Below, in pieces: positions 41,501 through 51,635 of a stretch of 64,000 bases of DNA. Under the pieces are notes generated by a model. The model searched no databases and was not told where the DNA came from. It saw only the letters and a program-made list of their open reading frames with translations. The DNA is taken from NCBI GenBank assembly GCA_016699795.1, contig CP065011.1:755449-819448 (forward strand). Direction: 5' to 3'. The stretch comes from Candidatus Moraniibacteriota bacterium. Its GTDB lineage: Bacteria > Patescibacteriota > Minisyncoccia > Moranbacterales > GCA-2747515. Every line of letters starts with the position of its first letter. Positions within the stretch are counted from its first letter, which is position 1. Both the position numbers and the translations under genes were made by a program.

Positions 41501-42023
41501 TCAACTTTGTGATGGTAAATCCGGTCGTCTTTTGGATAATAAGTCTACCGTTGGTGTTATGTATGTGATGAAACTTAATCACCTCGTGGAAGACAAATTG
41601 CACATGAGATCTATCGGTCCGTACTCACTTATTACACAGCAACCTTTAGGAGGAAAAGCTCAATTTGGAGGACAGCGGTTTGGAGAAATGGAAGTGTGGG
41701 CATTGGAAGGATATGGAAGTGCTCATACTCTTCAAGAAATGCTTACAATCAAATCAGACGATGTTTTGGGACGATCGAAGGCTTACGAATCAATTATTAA
41801 AGGAGAGCCTATTAAGAGTCCTAATATACCAGCATCTTTCCATGTGCTTATTAATGAATTGAAAGGATTATGTTTGGACGTTGAACTTATTGGAAGTCGT
41901 GAAGAAGAAATTGTTGAAGAGTATTCTAAAACGGACGAACAGAAAGAAGATCAAAAAAATAATTTGAAGGAAGAAATCGTAGATACTATTCAAGAAGAAA
42001 CTTCTTCCAAATCATCAAAGTAA
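38538..42023 (+). CDS. rpoB: DNA-directed RNA polymerase subunit beta
   Basis: 1161 aa with hallmark blocks [55 protein letters not shown] and [16 protein letters not shown]. Confidence 0.98.
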   Translation: [1161 protein letters not shown]

Positions 42024-42070
42024 AGTATAAAAAAACGTTTCAATCACTATAACCTTTCTAGAAGAATACT

Positions 42071-45000
42071 ATGGATATAATAACGAAATTGAGTGACTTT
42101 GAGGGAGTTCGACTCAAGCTGGCCAGTCCGGAAAATATTACCGATTGGTCGAGTGGAGAAGTTACTAAGCCAGAGACGATTAACTATCGTACTCAGCGTT
42201 ACGAGATGGAGGGATTGTTTTGTGAGCGAATTTTCGGACCTGCAAAAGATTGGGAATGTTATTGCGGAAAGTATAAGAGGATTCGATATAAGGGCGTTGT
42301 TTGTGACAAATGTGGAGTAGAAGTTACGCGGTCTATTATTCGTCGTGAGCGAATGGGTCATATCAAATTGGCGACTCCAGTTTCTCACATTTGGTTTTTA
42401 CGTGGAGTTCCTTCACGTATTGGATTGGCTTTGGGAATTTCCTCTTCTGACGTAGAGCGTATTATTTATTTTGCTTCCTATATTGTTATGAGTGTCAATG
42501 AAGACGCTCGAGAGCAAGCTCTTTCTCAATTAGAAAGTGAATATCGTTCGCGTCGTAAAGAAATGCAGGCTAAGTTCGATGGTGATGAACGACAAGAACA
42601 AAACGAAGAACTTCAAGATCTTTACAAGAGAACAAAAGAAGATCTTTCTGATCTTAAGCCAATGAAAATCTTAAGTGAAGTTCAATATTTCAATCTTTCT
42701 ACAAAATTTGGACAAGTTTTTTCAGCTGGTATTGGAGCAGAGGCCGTTCGAAGTATTTTTGAAAAGATGGATTTGAAAGCTGAAATTAAGAAATTGGAAG
42801 AACAGATTGAAGAAGGTGTAGATTCTATTGATAGAAAAAAGACTTTTCAAAGACTTAAATTCTTTCGTGGAGCCTATAGAGCTGATATTAAATTAGAATG
42901 GATGCTCCCAACATTTATACCTGTTATTCCTCCAGATTTGCGACCAATGGTAGCACTCGATGGAGGTCGATTTGCAACATCTGATTTGAATGATCTTTAT
43001 CGAAGAATAATCAATAGAAACAATAGACTTCGAAAACTTAAAGAGCTTGGAGCTCCTGAGGTTATTACAAGAAATGAAAAACGAATGCTCCAAGAAGCTG
43101 TAGACGCTCTCTTTGATAACAGTGTTCGTAGAGGACAAGCTTCAGTTGCTGCTTCTACTGGACAAAGAAGAGCATTGCGTTCTTTGGCAGATGTACTCAA
43201 AGGAAAACAAGGACGATTCCGACAAAACCTTTTGGGAAAACGAGTCGATTATTCAGGACGAAGTGTTATTGTGGTAGGACCAAAATTGAAACTTCATCAA
43301 GCTGGACTTCCGAAAAAAATGGCACTTGAGCTTTTCAAGCCGTTTATTATTAATAAACTTATTGAAAAAGAATTTGCTCATAATGTTCGAACCGCAGGAA
43401 GAATGGTAGATGCTGAAACAGAAGAAGCTTATGAGATCTTGGACGATATCATTTCCCATCACTATGTTCTTCTTAACCGAGCACCAACCTTGCACAGACT
43501 TTCTATTCAGGCTTTTCAACCTGTTCTTATAGAAGGAAAAGCTATTCAAGTGCATCCTATGGTTTGTGCAGCTTTCAATGCTGACTTTGATGGAGATCAG
43601 ATGGCTGTTCATGTTCCTCTTACTGATCAGGCAAGAAAAGAAAGTGCAGAACTCATGCTTGCATCTAAGAATCTCTTGAAACCAGCAAGTGGTGAACCGA
43701 TTGCTATTCCTACTCTCGATATGGTTTTGGGTATTTACTACCTCACCCATATCTATTTAGGAGCGAAGGGTGAAGGGCGTGTTTTCTCGGGAATTGAAGA
43801 AGCTATAATGGCTTATGAATACGATTTTCTTGCTATAAATGCAAAGATTAAAGTTGATATCGACGGTGAAATCAAAGAAACTTCTGTTGGACGACTTTTG
43901 TTTAATGAAGTTTTGCCAAAAGAATTAGGCTTCGTGAATGAGGAAATGACGAAAAAAGAATTGAAAAAAATTACAGCGAAAATTCTTGAATTAATGGGAC
44001 AACAAGCAACGGCTGATTTCATAGATCGTATTAAAGATCTCGGATTTCGTTCGGTGAGCACCTCAGGTATCAGTTGGGGAATGAATGATTTACATGTTCC
44101 AACAAAGAAAAAAGCTCTTATTGAAGAGGCGGAAGAAAAGATTATAACATTAGGAGGGCAATACGCCATGGGACTTCTTACAAAAGAAGAACAGAAGGTA
44201 AAAACGATTGAAATCTGGAATGAAACGAAAAATAAGATAACTGATGCTGTTCGTGAATCATTAGATAAGGAAGGTCCTGTATATTCAATGGTGTATTCGA
44301 AAGCAAGAGGTTCTGAATCAGTTGTTGTTCAGATGATGGGTATGAAAGGCTTGGTAGCCGGACCTACTGGAGAAACTATTGAACTTCCTGTAAAAAGTTC
44401 GTTCAAAGAAGGTTTTAACGTTTTGGAATATTTCATATCTACTCACGGAGCAAGAAAAGGAACGGCAGATACGGCTCTTCGTACAGCTACCGCAGGATAT
44501 CTTACTCGTCGTTTAGTAGATGTATCTCAGGATGTTATTGTTCGTGAAGAGGATTGTGGAGATACTGAAGGAGCTTATATACATCGAGAAGATAGTGATG
44601 GTATCGGCCAGGATTTTGCTAGTCGAGTTGAGGGACGTGTTTTAGTGGAGGATATTAAAAAGCCTGGAACTAAAAAAGTGATTGCAAAATGTGGAGAGCT
44701 TATAAACAAAGAACAAGCTCGAACCATTGCTGATGAAGGAATTGAAAAAGTTAAACTTCGAACAGCGATTACATGTTGTTCTCATTATGGCGTATGTCAG
44801 AAATGTTATGGCATTGATCTTGGTCGGGGAGAATTAGTTAAATTGGGGCAAGCGGTAGGGACTGTGGCTGCTCAGGCTATTGGAGAGCCAGGAACACAGC
44901 TTACTATGCGTACGTTCCATATCGGAGGTGTTGTAGGAGGTGCTGACATTACACAAGGACTTCCTCGTGTTGAAGAAATTTTTGAAGCAAGAACTCCAAA

Positions 45001-45661
45001 GGGAGAAGCTGTTATCGTAGAAGAGGAAGGTGTTGTTCGAGAAATAATTGATGATGGAGGAAAAGCTGTAAAAATTATTTTAGAAACTTCTTCACCCAAA
45101 TCAATCGAAATAAAGGAATATGTAGTCCCTAAAGGGGTGGATATTCAAGTTTCTAAGGGAGATCTTGTTAAAAAAGGAACACCTCTTACTGAAGGACATA
45201 TTGATCTTAAGAAGCTCTATAAGATATTGGGACAAGATTCGCTTCATCGTTACATTGTTCGTGAAATTCAACAGATATATGCTTCTCAAGGTGAAGGTGT
45301 AAATGATAAGCATATTGAACTTATGATTCGTCAAATGCTTTCGAGAATTCTTATTGTGGATTCCGGAGATACAGATTTCGTAACGGATGATGTAGTAGAA
45401 AGAGATCTTTTCTTAGAGGCCAATGAAGAGGTGAAAGCCCAGGGAGGAAAACCCGCTCAAGGAGACAGACTTCTTATGGGTATAACTAAAGTGGCACTTT
45501 CCACAGAATCATTCCTGAGTGCAGCATCTTTTCAAGAAACAGCGCGTGTGCTTATTAACGCAGCTGTAACTGGAAAAGTAGATAAACTTCGAGGATTGAA
45601 AGAAAATGTTATTATCGGTCGACTTATTCCAGCTGGAACTGGATTTCGACAGAAGAAATAA
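42071..45661 (+). CDS. rpoC: DNA-directed RNA polymerase subunit beta'
   Basis: 1196 aa with zinc-finger CYCGKYK...CDKCGVEV, the catalytic NADFDGD motif, and the trigger-loop/bridge-helix blocks. Confidence 0.98.
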   Translation: MDIITKLSDFEGVRLKLASPENITDWSSGEVTKPETINYRTQRYEMEGLFCERIFGPAKDWECYCGKYKRIRYKGVVCDKCGVEVTRSIIRRERMGHIKLATPVSHIWFLRGVPSRIGLALGISSSDVERIIYFASYIVMSVNEDAREQALSQLESEYRSRRKEMQAKFDGDERQEQNEELQDLYKRTKEDLSDLKPMKILSEVQYFNLSTKFGQVFSAGIGAEAVRSIFEKMDLKAEIKKLEEQIEEGVDSIDRKKTFQRLKFFRGAYRADIKLEWMLPTFIPVIPPDLRPMVALDGGRFATSDLNDLYRRIINRNNRLRKLKELGAPEVITRNEKRMLQEAVDALFDNSVRRGQASVAASTGQRRALRSLADVLKGKQGRFRQNLLGKRVDYSGRSVIVVGPKLKLHQAGLPKKMALELFKPFIINKLIEKEFAHNVRTAGRMVDAETEEAYEILDDIISHHYVLLNRAPTLHRLSIQAFQPVLIEGKAIQVHPMVCAAFNADFDGDQMAVHVPLTDQARKESAELMLASKNLLKPASGEPIAIPTLDMVLGIYYLTHIYLGAKGEGRVFSGIEEAIMAYEYDFLAINAKIKVDIDGEIKETSVGRLLFNEVLPKELGFVNEEMTKKELKKITAKILELMGQQATADFIDRIKDLGFRSVSTSGISWGMNDLHVPTKKKALIEEAEEKIITLGGQYAMGLLTKEEQKVKTIEIWNETKNKITDAVRESLDKEGPVYSMVYSKARGSESVVVQMMGMKGLVAGPTGETIELPVKSSFKEGFNVLEYFISTHGARKGTADTALRTATAGYLTRRLVDVSQDVIVREEDCGDTEGAYIHREDSDGIGQDFASRVEGRVLVEDIKKPGTKKVIAKCGELINKEQARTIADEGIEKVKLRTAITCCSHYGVCQKCYGIDLGRGELVKLGQAVGTVAAQAIGEPGTQLTMRTFHIGGVVGGADITQGLPRVEEIFEARTPKGEAVIVEEEGVVREIIDDGGKAVKIILETSSPKSIEIKEYVVPKGVDIQVSKGDLVKKGTPLTEGHIDLKKLYKILGQDSLHRYIVREIQQIYASQGEGVNDKHIELMIRQMLSRILIVDSGDTDFVTDDVVERDLFLEANEEVKAQGGKPAQGDRLLMGITKVALSTESFLSAASFQETARVLINAAVTGKVDKLRGLKENVIIGRLIPAGTGFRQKK

Positions 45662-45702
45662 CTTTCTATAGGGACGTGCTTGAAAGTATAGAAAAAGAAA
45701 AA

Positions 45703-45734
45703 AGGAACATTACTTTGAAATGTTCCTTTTTTTG
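45703..45734 (+). terminator. Bidirectional rho-independent terminator between convergent rpoC and the lipoprotein gene
   Basis: aggaacat-tactttgaa-atgttcct, an 8-bp stem, flanked by an A-run upstream and a T7 run downstream. Confidence 0.7.
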
Positions 45735-45775
45735 ATTTGTCCTCCTTATGTTTAAGGGAGATCGGGGGTGGCGGG

Positions 45776-46132
45776 TTAACGCCAATGTCTCCTGTCGTCA
45801 TCACGATAATGGCGAGGAGGTTTGTTGTGCCTCCTATCATCATCACGATGATGGCGGGGTGGAGGCGGCGGCCTTCTGTCATACCTGTCATCATGGTGGT
45901 AATGACGAGGTGGAGGAGGTGGGGGCCGTCTATGATGACGATGATCATCATAATAGACAATGTGACGAGGAGGCGAAACCCTCCTATACCTACTGTCGAT
46001 TACTGCCTGTCCCAATGCGGTGCCGATGGCGGATCCAATGAGGGCTCCGCCAAAAGATGCCTCTCCTTCGGGTGTTGATACACACCCACCAAGAAGGATA
46101 AGGGATAAGAATACAACAAGCACGATCTTCAT
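45776..46132 (-). CDS. Lipoprotein with a glycine-zipper segment and a His/Pro/Arg/Asp-rich low-complexity C-terminal region
   Basis: Start at Met31 of the 148-aa ORF (MKIVLVVFLSLILLGGC, lipobox LLGGC) with GGAGAG spacing before the ATG. GGALIGSAIGTALG glycine zipper. Tail repeats HRRPPPPPPRHYHHDDRYDRRPPPPPRHHRDDDRRH. Confidence 0.65.
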   Translation of the reverse strand: MKIVLVVFLSLILLGGCVSTPEGEASFGGALIGSAIGTALGQAVIDSRYRRVSPPRHIVYYDDHRHHRRPPPPPPRHYHHDDRYDRRPPPPPRHHRDDDRRHNKPPRHYRDDDRRHWR

Positions 46133-46358
46133 GGTAATCTCTCTCCGTTGTTGTAAGAAAAGAACTAAACGTAATATATCTATACACCATTTTATCATTT
46201 TTGTCAATAGTTTAAAATTCAAAGTGATGGAATGTTCGGTACTATTTTGTTGAAAAGGAAGAAGGGGGTATAATGGGATTTGTTACTAATTTTCATTTTC
46301 TTCTGCAATTTTCGAATTTTCACTGCAAATTGGATGAAAATTTCATTTACGAAAAGGG

Positions 46359-47324
46359 ATGAGTAATGGTCCTATAATAGAAAGAAGAAAAAATAGGTAT
46401 ACAATAAATATGGAAGAAAAAAAAGACTTTTCTCAGAAGAAAAAAAGAATAAAAAAAATTGCCAAAATAGTGGGTATTATTATTTGCATATATATACTCT
46501 TTCGTTTTTTTATGGGTATTCTTTTTCAGCCATCACATGATCGTGATTGGGAATTAGGACAAGAAAAGCTCCCAAAATTTACTTTTCTTGAAAACGGTCG
46601 CGTTCAAATAGAAAATTTTAGAAATTTTAATTGGAAAGAAGAAGGCGTCGCAGATATTCAATATGAAACAAGAGAATTTGATTTGAAAAAAATTGAAACC
46701 GTAGATGTGTTTATTTCCCACTTTGATGACTTTGAGGGATTGGCGCATATTTTTGTTAGCTTTGGTTTTCGAAACGGAAGACATGCGGTGATTTCTTTGG
46801 AAACAAGAAGAGAGAAGGATGAAGAATTTTCTCCATTATTAGGTATTTTTCGCCAATTTGAAATTATCTATGTGGTAGGTTCTGAAGAAGATATTGTAGG
46901 ACTTCGCACAGATGTACGAAAAGAACGTGTCTATCTTTATCCTACGAAAGCAACTCCAGAACATGCGAGAAGTTTATTTCTTGCGCTTGCCCAAGATATT
47001 AATGATGTTTATGATGAGCCGAGAATATATAATACTCTTACAAAAAACTGTACAAATGAAATAACTCGTCGAGTAGAAGGTATATCTAGTATAGAGTTTC
47101 CTTTAACATGGAAAACTATTCTTCCTGGATACTTCGATGAAGTTCTTTATGAAGCGGGTGTTTTGAATGCTGAGGGGAATTTTTCTGACGTAAAATCTGG
47201 ACATCTTATTCCCAATGATCGGGTGGATCGTTACGATGTTTCCTATAGCAAAAATATTCGTGATTATCTTCCTTATCGAAAAAATTTGCCCCCAGAGAAG
47301 GACGAGAATACTATAGAAAAATAA
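46359..47324 (+). CDS. Hypothetical membrane-anchored protein (DUF4105-like?)
   Basis: N-terminal Lys-rich segment then a TM helix (IVGIIICIYILFRFFMGILF), with a ~250-aa soluble domain. Family guess is from memory only. Confidence 0.4.
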   Translation: MSNGPIIERRKNRYTINMEEKKDFSQKKKRIKKIAKIVGIIICIYILFRFFMGILFQPSHDRDWELGQEKLPKFTFLENGRVQIENFRNFNWKEEGVADIQYETREFDLKKIETVDVFISHFDDFEGLAHIFVSFGFRNGRHAVISLETRREKDEEFSPLLGIFRQFEIIYVVGSEEDIVGLRTDVRKERVYLYPTKATPEHARSLFLALAQDINDVYDEPRIYNTLTKNCTNEITRRVEGISSIEFPLTWKTILPGYFDEVLYEAGVLNAEGNFSDVKSGHLIPNDRVDRYDVSYSKNIRDYLPYRKNLPPEKDENTIEK

Positions 47325-47341
47325 TAAGTAATTATATATGT

Positions 47342-47728
47342 ATGAAAAAAGGATATAGCGTTAACCTCGAACAGGATACCCTTGAAAATGAAAATTTTCG
47401 AAAAGTGCTTTTCACGGCCAATCATATGCAGTTGGTTCTTATGACTGTTCCTAGCGGTCAGGATATAGGTTTGGAAACTCATCAGGATCATGATCAGTTT
47501 ATTCGGATTGAAGCAGGGGAAGGAAAGGCTATAATTTCAGGAGAGGAATTTCTTCTTCAAGATGGAAGTGCTGTAATTATTCCATCCGGAAACGAACATA
47601 ATATTATAAACACAGGAAAAGATCCTCTTCGTCTTTATACCGTATATTCCCCAGCCGAACATTCAGATGGTACGATTCATGTTACTAAAGCTGAGGCTGA
47701 AGAATACGAAAAAAAGCATCACGAATAA
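47342..47728 (+). CDS. Cupin-domain protein
   Basis: 128 aa with cupin motifs G(x)5HxH (GLETHQDHDQF) and G(x)5PxG(x)2H-like (IIPSGNEHNIIN). Confidence 0.65.
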   Translation: MKKGYSVNLEQDTLENENFRKVLFTANHMQLVLMTVPSGQDIGLETHQDHDQFIRIEAGEGKAIISGEEFLLQDGSAVIIPSGNEHNIINTGKDPLRLYTVYSPAEHSDGTIHVTKAEAEEYEKKHHE

Positions 47729-47747
47729 GAATAAAATATTTCTGGAT

Positions 47748-48965
47748 ATGGGGAGTCAACGAGATGAAATAGCACCTTTAGCCGAAAGGATGAGGCCCCG
47801 GACATTTGACGAGTTTTCAGGACAATCTGATATTGTGGGCGAATCTTCATTTTTGAGAAACGCTGTTTTAAAAGATCAAGTTCCCTCTCTTATTTTTTGG
47901 GGTCCTCCAGGAACAGGAAAAACAACATTAGCTCGAATAGTAGCTTCTGAAACAAAAGGCTTTTTTGTTCATATTTCTGCAACATCATCGGGAAAAAAGG
48001 TTCTCCAAAGTATAGTAGAAAAGGCTCGTAAAGATCTTGAAAATAGACAAAAAACATTTGTTTTTATTGATGAAATTCATCGTTGGAATAAGGCTCAGCA
48101 AGATGCTCTTCTTCCTAGTGTGGAAGATGGAACAGTTATTCTTATAGGAGCAACAACGGAAAATCCTAGTTTTGAGGTAAATTCAGCTCTTCTTTCGCGG
48201 TGTCGAGTTATTATTCTTCGTCGTCTCGAAGATGAAGCTCTTTTTGCTATTGTATCTCAAGCTCTTCAAGATAATGAGAGAGGTTTGGGCACACTAAAAC
48301 TAGAGTTCGAAGAAGGTATACTTGAGCTTCTTGTGGGTTTTTCTCATGGAGATGCTCGTTATGCGCTTAATGCCTTGGAGGCTTGTTCAAAATTTGGAAA
48401 AAAAATTACCAAAAAAATACTTCAAAATATTTTACAAACATCACATCTTCTCTATGACAAAAAAGGAGAAGAACATTTTAATATTATATCAGCTCTTCAT
48501 AAATCTATGCGTGGAGGAGATGCTAATGCTTCTGTTTATTGGATGACAAGAATGCTTGAAGGGGGAGAAGATCCTTTGTATGTAGCGAGGCGTCTTGTTC
48601 GATTTGCGTCGGAAGATATAGGCCTTGCCAACAATACAGCATTACTTTTGGCAAACGCGGTTTTTGATGCGTGTCATAAACTTGGTATGCCTGAATGTGG
48701 AGTCCACCTTGCACAATGCGTTATCTATCTTGCAAATTCTCCCAAATCGGTAGTGGCTTATGATGCATATACATATGCAAGAAAAGATGTGCTTCAATAT
48801 GGGAATCTTCCTGTCCCGCTTCATTTAAGAAATGCTCCAACGAAGTTTATGAAGGATATTGGTTATGGCGTTGGATATAAATATACCCCCAAAGAAAAAA
48901 GTGAAAATCAACGTTATCTCCCAGATGAACTAACGGGAAGAAATTATACACAGGGGAGTTTATAA
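47748..48965 (+). CDS. rarA: Replication-associated recombination protein A (RarA/MgsA AAA+ ATPase)
   Basis: Walker [15 protein letters not shown], Walker [22 protein letters not shown], sensor and C-terminal MgsA helical domain. ORF opens at 47667, but the Met at 47748 fits family N-termini. Confidence 0.9.
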   Translation: MGSQRDEIAPLAERMRPRTFDEFSGQSDIVGESSFLRNAVLKDQVPSLIFWGPPGTGKTTLARIVASETKGFFVHISATSSGKKVLQSIVEKARKDLENRQKTFVFIDEIHRWNKAQQDALLPSVEDGTVILIGATTENPSFEVNSALLSRCRVIILRRLEDEALFAIVSQALQDNERGLGTLKLEFEEGILELLVGFSHGDARYALNALEACSKFGKKITKKILQNILQTSHLLYDKKGEEHFNIISALHKSMRGGDANASVYWMTRMLEGGEDPLYVARRLVRFASEDIGLANNTALLLANAVFDACHKLGMPECGVHLAQCVIYLANSPKSVVAYDAYTYARKDVLQYGNLPVPLHLRNAPTKFMKDIGYGVGYKYTPKEKSENQRYLPDELTGRNYTQGSL

Positions 48966-48968
48966 ATT

Positions 48969-50324
48969 TCAGCGTGATTTCTTGAGATATTCTTTTATTT
49001 GTTTTTTATAATCTTCCCATTGTTTTTCTGACCAATCCTTTGGTTTCTCGGTAAGATCTACGTCTTCCGGTTTAGGATAATTTTTTGGATCATCATAGAC
49101 GCTAAAAAATTCTTTATCAATAATAATATTACCATTTGCATCAGAAACCGTTTGTTTAAAAACAGTTTTAAGTGTGCCATTTTCTTCATTTTTTTCTAGC
49201 GTTCTCGGTTCCTCAACTGTTACTTTTCGTCCGTCATTTGTTCCGTATATGCGAAAAATTAATTCTTTCCCTTTTATTTCTCCCTGAATAAGAATGTGTC
49301 CAGGGGTGTTATTGACAAATCGCATATCAGGCATAGGCACATAAACACTCGCATCAAAACCGATAGGTTCATAATATTTTACAGGGTAGGAGTGAGCTTG
49401 TCGCATAGTAATTTTTAATCCAGAAAATATAGCCGCACGAAAAAGAGTTGTGGATACCTGGCAAATACCTCCGCCATATTCTGGTTCAGTTCTGTTGTTA
49501 CGGATAACGAGCTCTGGTCGCCAGCCGTTCTTTTCATCTACCTCTCCTAAAATTTCCACAAAAGAAAATTCTTCCCCAGGTTTTATGAGTGCTCCATGAT
49601 ATTTTTCATAACCAAAGCGAATATTAAAAAGACGATCTTGAGAAGATCCAGAGAAATTACTTCGACCTTCACCAATAAGAGAAGTTATCCCAAAATTTTC
49701 TGCATTCGAGGATGTTATTTTTGCAGGAATAATTTCTGTGGGAAGTGTGATGGTAATATCTTCTTTTTGTTGAGATGAAAATATCTTTTCTAAAGCATCT
49801 ATGATGCTATCTGAGCTTTCTTGAATTTTTATTTGATAACCATCTGATCCTGGGTGAAAAACATCTACTCTATTTTCTTCAGTAAGTTCAAATTTTGCAT
49901 TCACTGGAGCTACTTTTGATTTTTCAAAGAGTTTTTCTGTATATGTATAAACAGCTTGTTTATCAATGATTACTTCTCTCAGAAGTGTTCGTTGGTGAGC
50001 GCTTCTTGTGGATGTTTCAAGGCTACACAAAGGGTGAGGATTAAGACAAATATCCGTTTTTACAAAAGAGGAAGGTTCTGAAGTAGTTTTTATAAAAAAA
50101 TCAAATGATCCCCATGAATTATAGGTTTTCCAAGAAAGGGTTTCAGAGAACTTTTCTCCAACAGAGAGAAATATCGCAGGGTTTGTAATCTTAATCTCCG
50201 CATGAACATCTGACGAAGAAATAAATAGTAAAGGAAAGACAAAAAAAACCATGAGTAAATCTTTATAAGAATGGTTTTTGGATGAAAACGTGAGTGAGAT
50301 AGTGTTTACTCCTTTTTTCCTCAT
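48969..50324 (-). CDS. VanW-family protein
   Basis: N-terminal signal/anchor. C-terminal VanW-like region with GGGICQVSTTLFRAAIFSGL. Confidence 0.65.
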   Translation of the reverse strand: MRKKGVNTISLTFSSKNHSYKDLLMVFFVFPLLFISSSDVHAEIKITNPAIFLSVGEKFSETLSWKTYNSWGSFDFFIKTTSEPSSFVKTDICLNPHPLCSLETSTRSAHQRTLLREVIIDKQAVYTYTEKLFEKSKVAPVNAKFELTEENRVDVFHPGSDGYQIKIQESSDSIIDALEKIFSSQQKEDITITLPTEIIPAKITSSNAENFGITSLIGEGRSNFSGSSQDRLFNIRFGYEKYHGALIKPGEEFSFVEILGEVDEKNGWRPELVIRNNRTEPEYGGGICQVSTTLFRAAIFSGLKITMRQAHSYPVKYYEPIGFDASVYVPMPDMRFVNNTPGHILIQGEIKGKELIFRIYGTNDGRKVTVEEPRTLEKNEENGTLKTVFKQTVSDANGNIIIDKEFFSVYDDPKNYPKPEDVDLTEKPKDWSEKQWEDYKKQIKEYLKKSR

Positions 50325-50511
50325 AAGAAGAGCATAGCGTATTTTTTGGTATTCGAAAAGGGTTTTTGTTTTTGATAGAACAGAAAGAGTACAATAAGAG
50401 ATCTTCTAAACAGAAAGTTCATTCTTGAAGTTAAAAGAAAAAAATCTCTTGTAAATAAAAAGAAGAAGAATTTTGCAGGATTCTTCTTCTTTCTTTTTTT
50501 AATAGAATGGT

Positions 50512-51087
50512 TTAGAAACCGCGAACTTGAATTTTCTTCACTCTATTAATATCGGCTTTTGGAAGGCGTATAGTAAGAATTCCATTTTTAAGAGAAGCTT
50601 CAGATTTATCAGGGATAACATCGACAGGAAGAACGACAGAGCGAGAGAAAGATCCCCAATAACACTCTTGATAATAAAAATTATCACTACTAATTTCTTC
50701 TTCATTCGAACGCTCTCCTCGAATAGTGATCATGTCATTGTTGATAGCGACATCAAGATCTTCAGGTTTTACTCCAGCTATAGTGGATTTGATAACAATC
50801 TCATTTTCGGTTTGGTACATATCGATAGTGAGCTGTCCATCTGGATCATCAGAAGAATTTGAAACCTGACGCATTTGAGGGCGTGGTTCATCAGTTTGAA
50901 TTTGTGGGCTATAAGCGGGTTGAGTGTGACGCATTGGTGTTTCCATATTTGTTGTTATAGGTGCTATTGGTTGAGATATTTCTTCTTCTTCATCGGAATA
51001 AACTGGCATAGCCCGTCCTTGGTGGAAGGATTCTTCGGCCTTTGCTCCAGTTAACCTTTCAAGAAAAGATCGTTTTTCTTTTGTCAT
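50512..51087 (-). CDS. Hsp20/alpha-crystallin family small heat-shock protein
   Basis: Alpha-crystallin-domain pattern ...ITIRGERSNEEE...GSFSRSVVLPVDV...ASLKNGILTIRLPK. Disordered Glu/Gln/Pro-rich N-terminal arm. Confidence 0.85.
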   Translation of the reverse strand: MTKEKRSFLERLTGAKAEESFHQGRAMPVYSDEEEEISQPIAPITTNMETPMRHTQPAYSPQIQTDEPRPQMRQVSNSSDDPDGQLTIDMYQTENEIVIKSTIAGVKPEDLDVAINNDMITIRGERSNEEEISSDNFYYQECYWGSFSRSVVLPVDVIPDKSEASLKNGILTIRLPKADINRVKKIQVRGF

Positions 51088-51170
51088 ACATTTTTGTTTA
51101 TATTTACGAAGTTACCCTTTCCTTTTTTAATTATAATATGTTCGAAAAATCCATGCAAGTTTTTTGTTTT

Positions 51171-51635
51171 TTAGGAGAAAAATAACAAGAGAATACTGTT
51201 GTATAAACCATGGATAAATATTGCTAATAAGCCAAAAATTAAAATATAAAGGGTTGATGATTTTTGAATTCCCAAAGACCAAAATATTGAAGTTATGATG
51301 TGAATAAAAGAAGGAAAAAAAACAGCAATGGAAAATATGTTTTTTTCAGGAGAGGAAAATATAAGAGAAATTTCGAGAAGAGAAAAGCCTAAAGCAAAAA
51401 ATAATCCTAGAATAACTGTATTCCAAATTGACTGTTGGGAAGATAATAATTTTTTGAGAAAAAGAAATTTCATTCCTTCTTCTATGAAAACAAAAGAAAA
51501 TAAAAGGAAGAAAGGAATAAAGGCTGTGGAGGGAAATAACGTTACGAGAAATGATTGAAAAAGAAAAGAAGCTATAGCAGAAAATATTCCGTAAATAAGA
51601 GCTAAGAAATAGAATTTTGGAGAAAAATAAAGCAT
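51171..51635 (-). CDS. Small polytopic membrane protein
   Basis: 154 aa with 4-5 hydrophobic helices. Immediately downstream of valS on the minus strand, with start and stop codons abutting. Confidence 0.4.
   Translation of the reverse strand: MLYFSPKFYFLALIYGIFSAIASFLFQSFLVTLFPSTAFIPFFLLFSFVFIEEGMKFLFLKKLLSSQQSIWNTVILGLFFALGFSLLEISLIFSSPEKNIFSIAVFFPSFIHIITSIFWSLGIQKSSTLYILIFGLLAIFIHGLYNSILLLFFS

Noticed and set aside
45532-46078. Plus-strand ORFs 45737-46078 and 45748-46041, and minus-strand ORF 45532-45960, rich in H/M/I/R residues.
   Set aside because: They overlap the minus-strand lipoprotein gene, which has a proper lipobox, RBS and terminator, or they overlap the 3' end of rpoC. They are reading-frame echoes of a low-complexity coding sequence.
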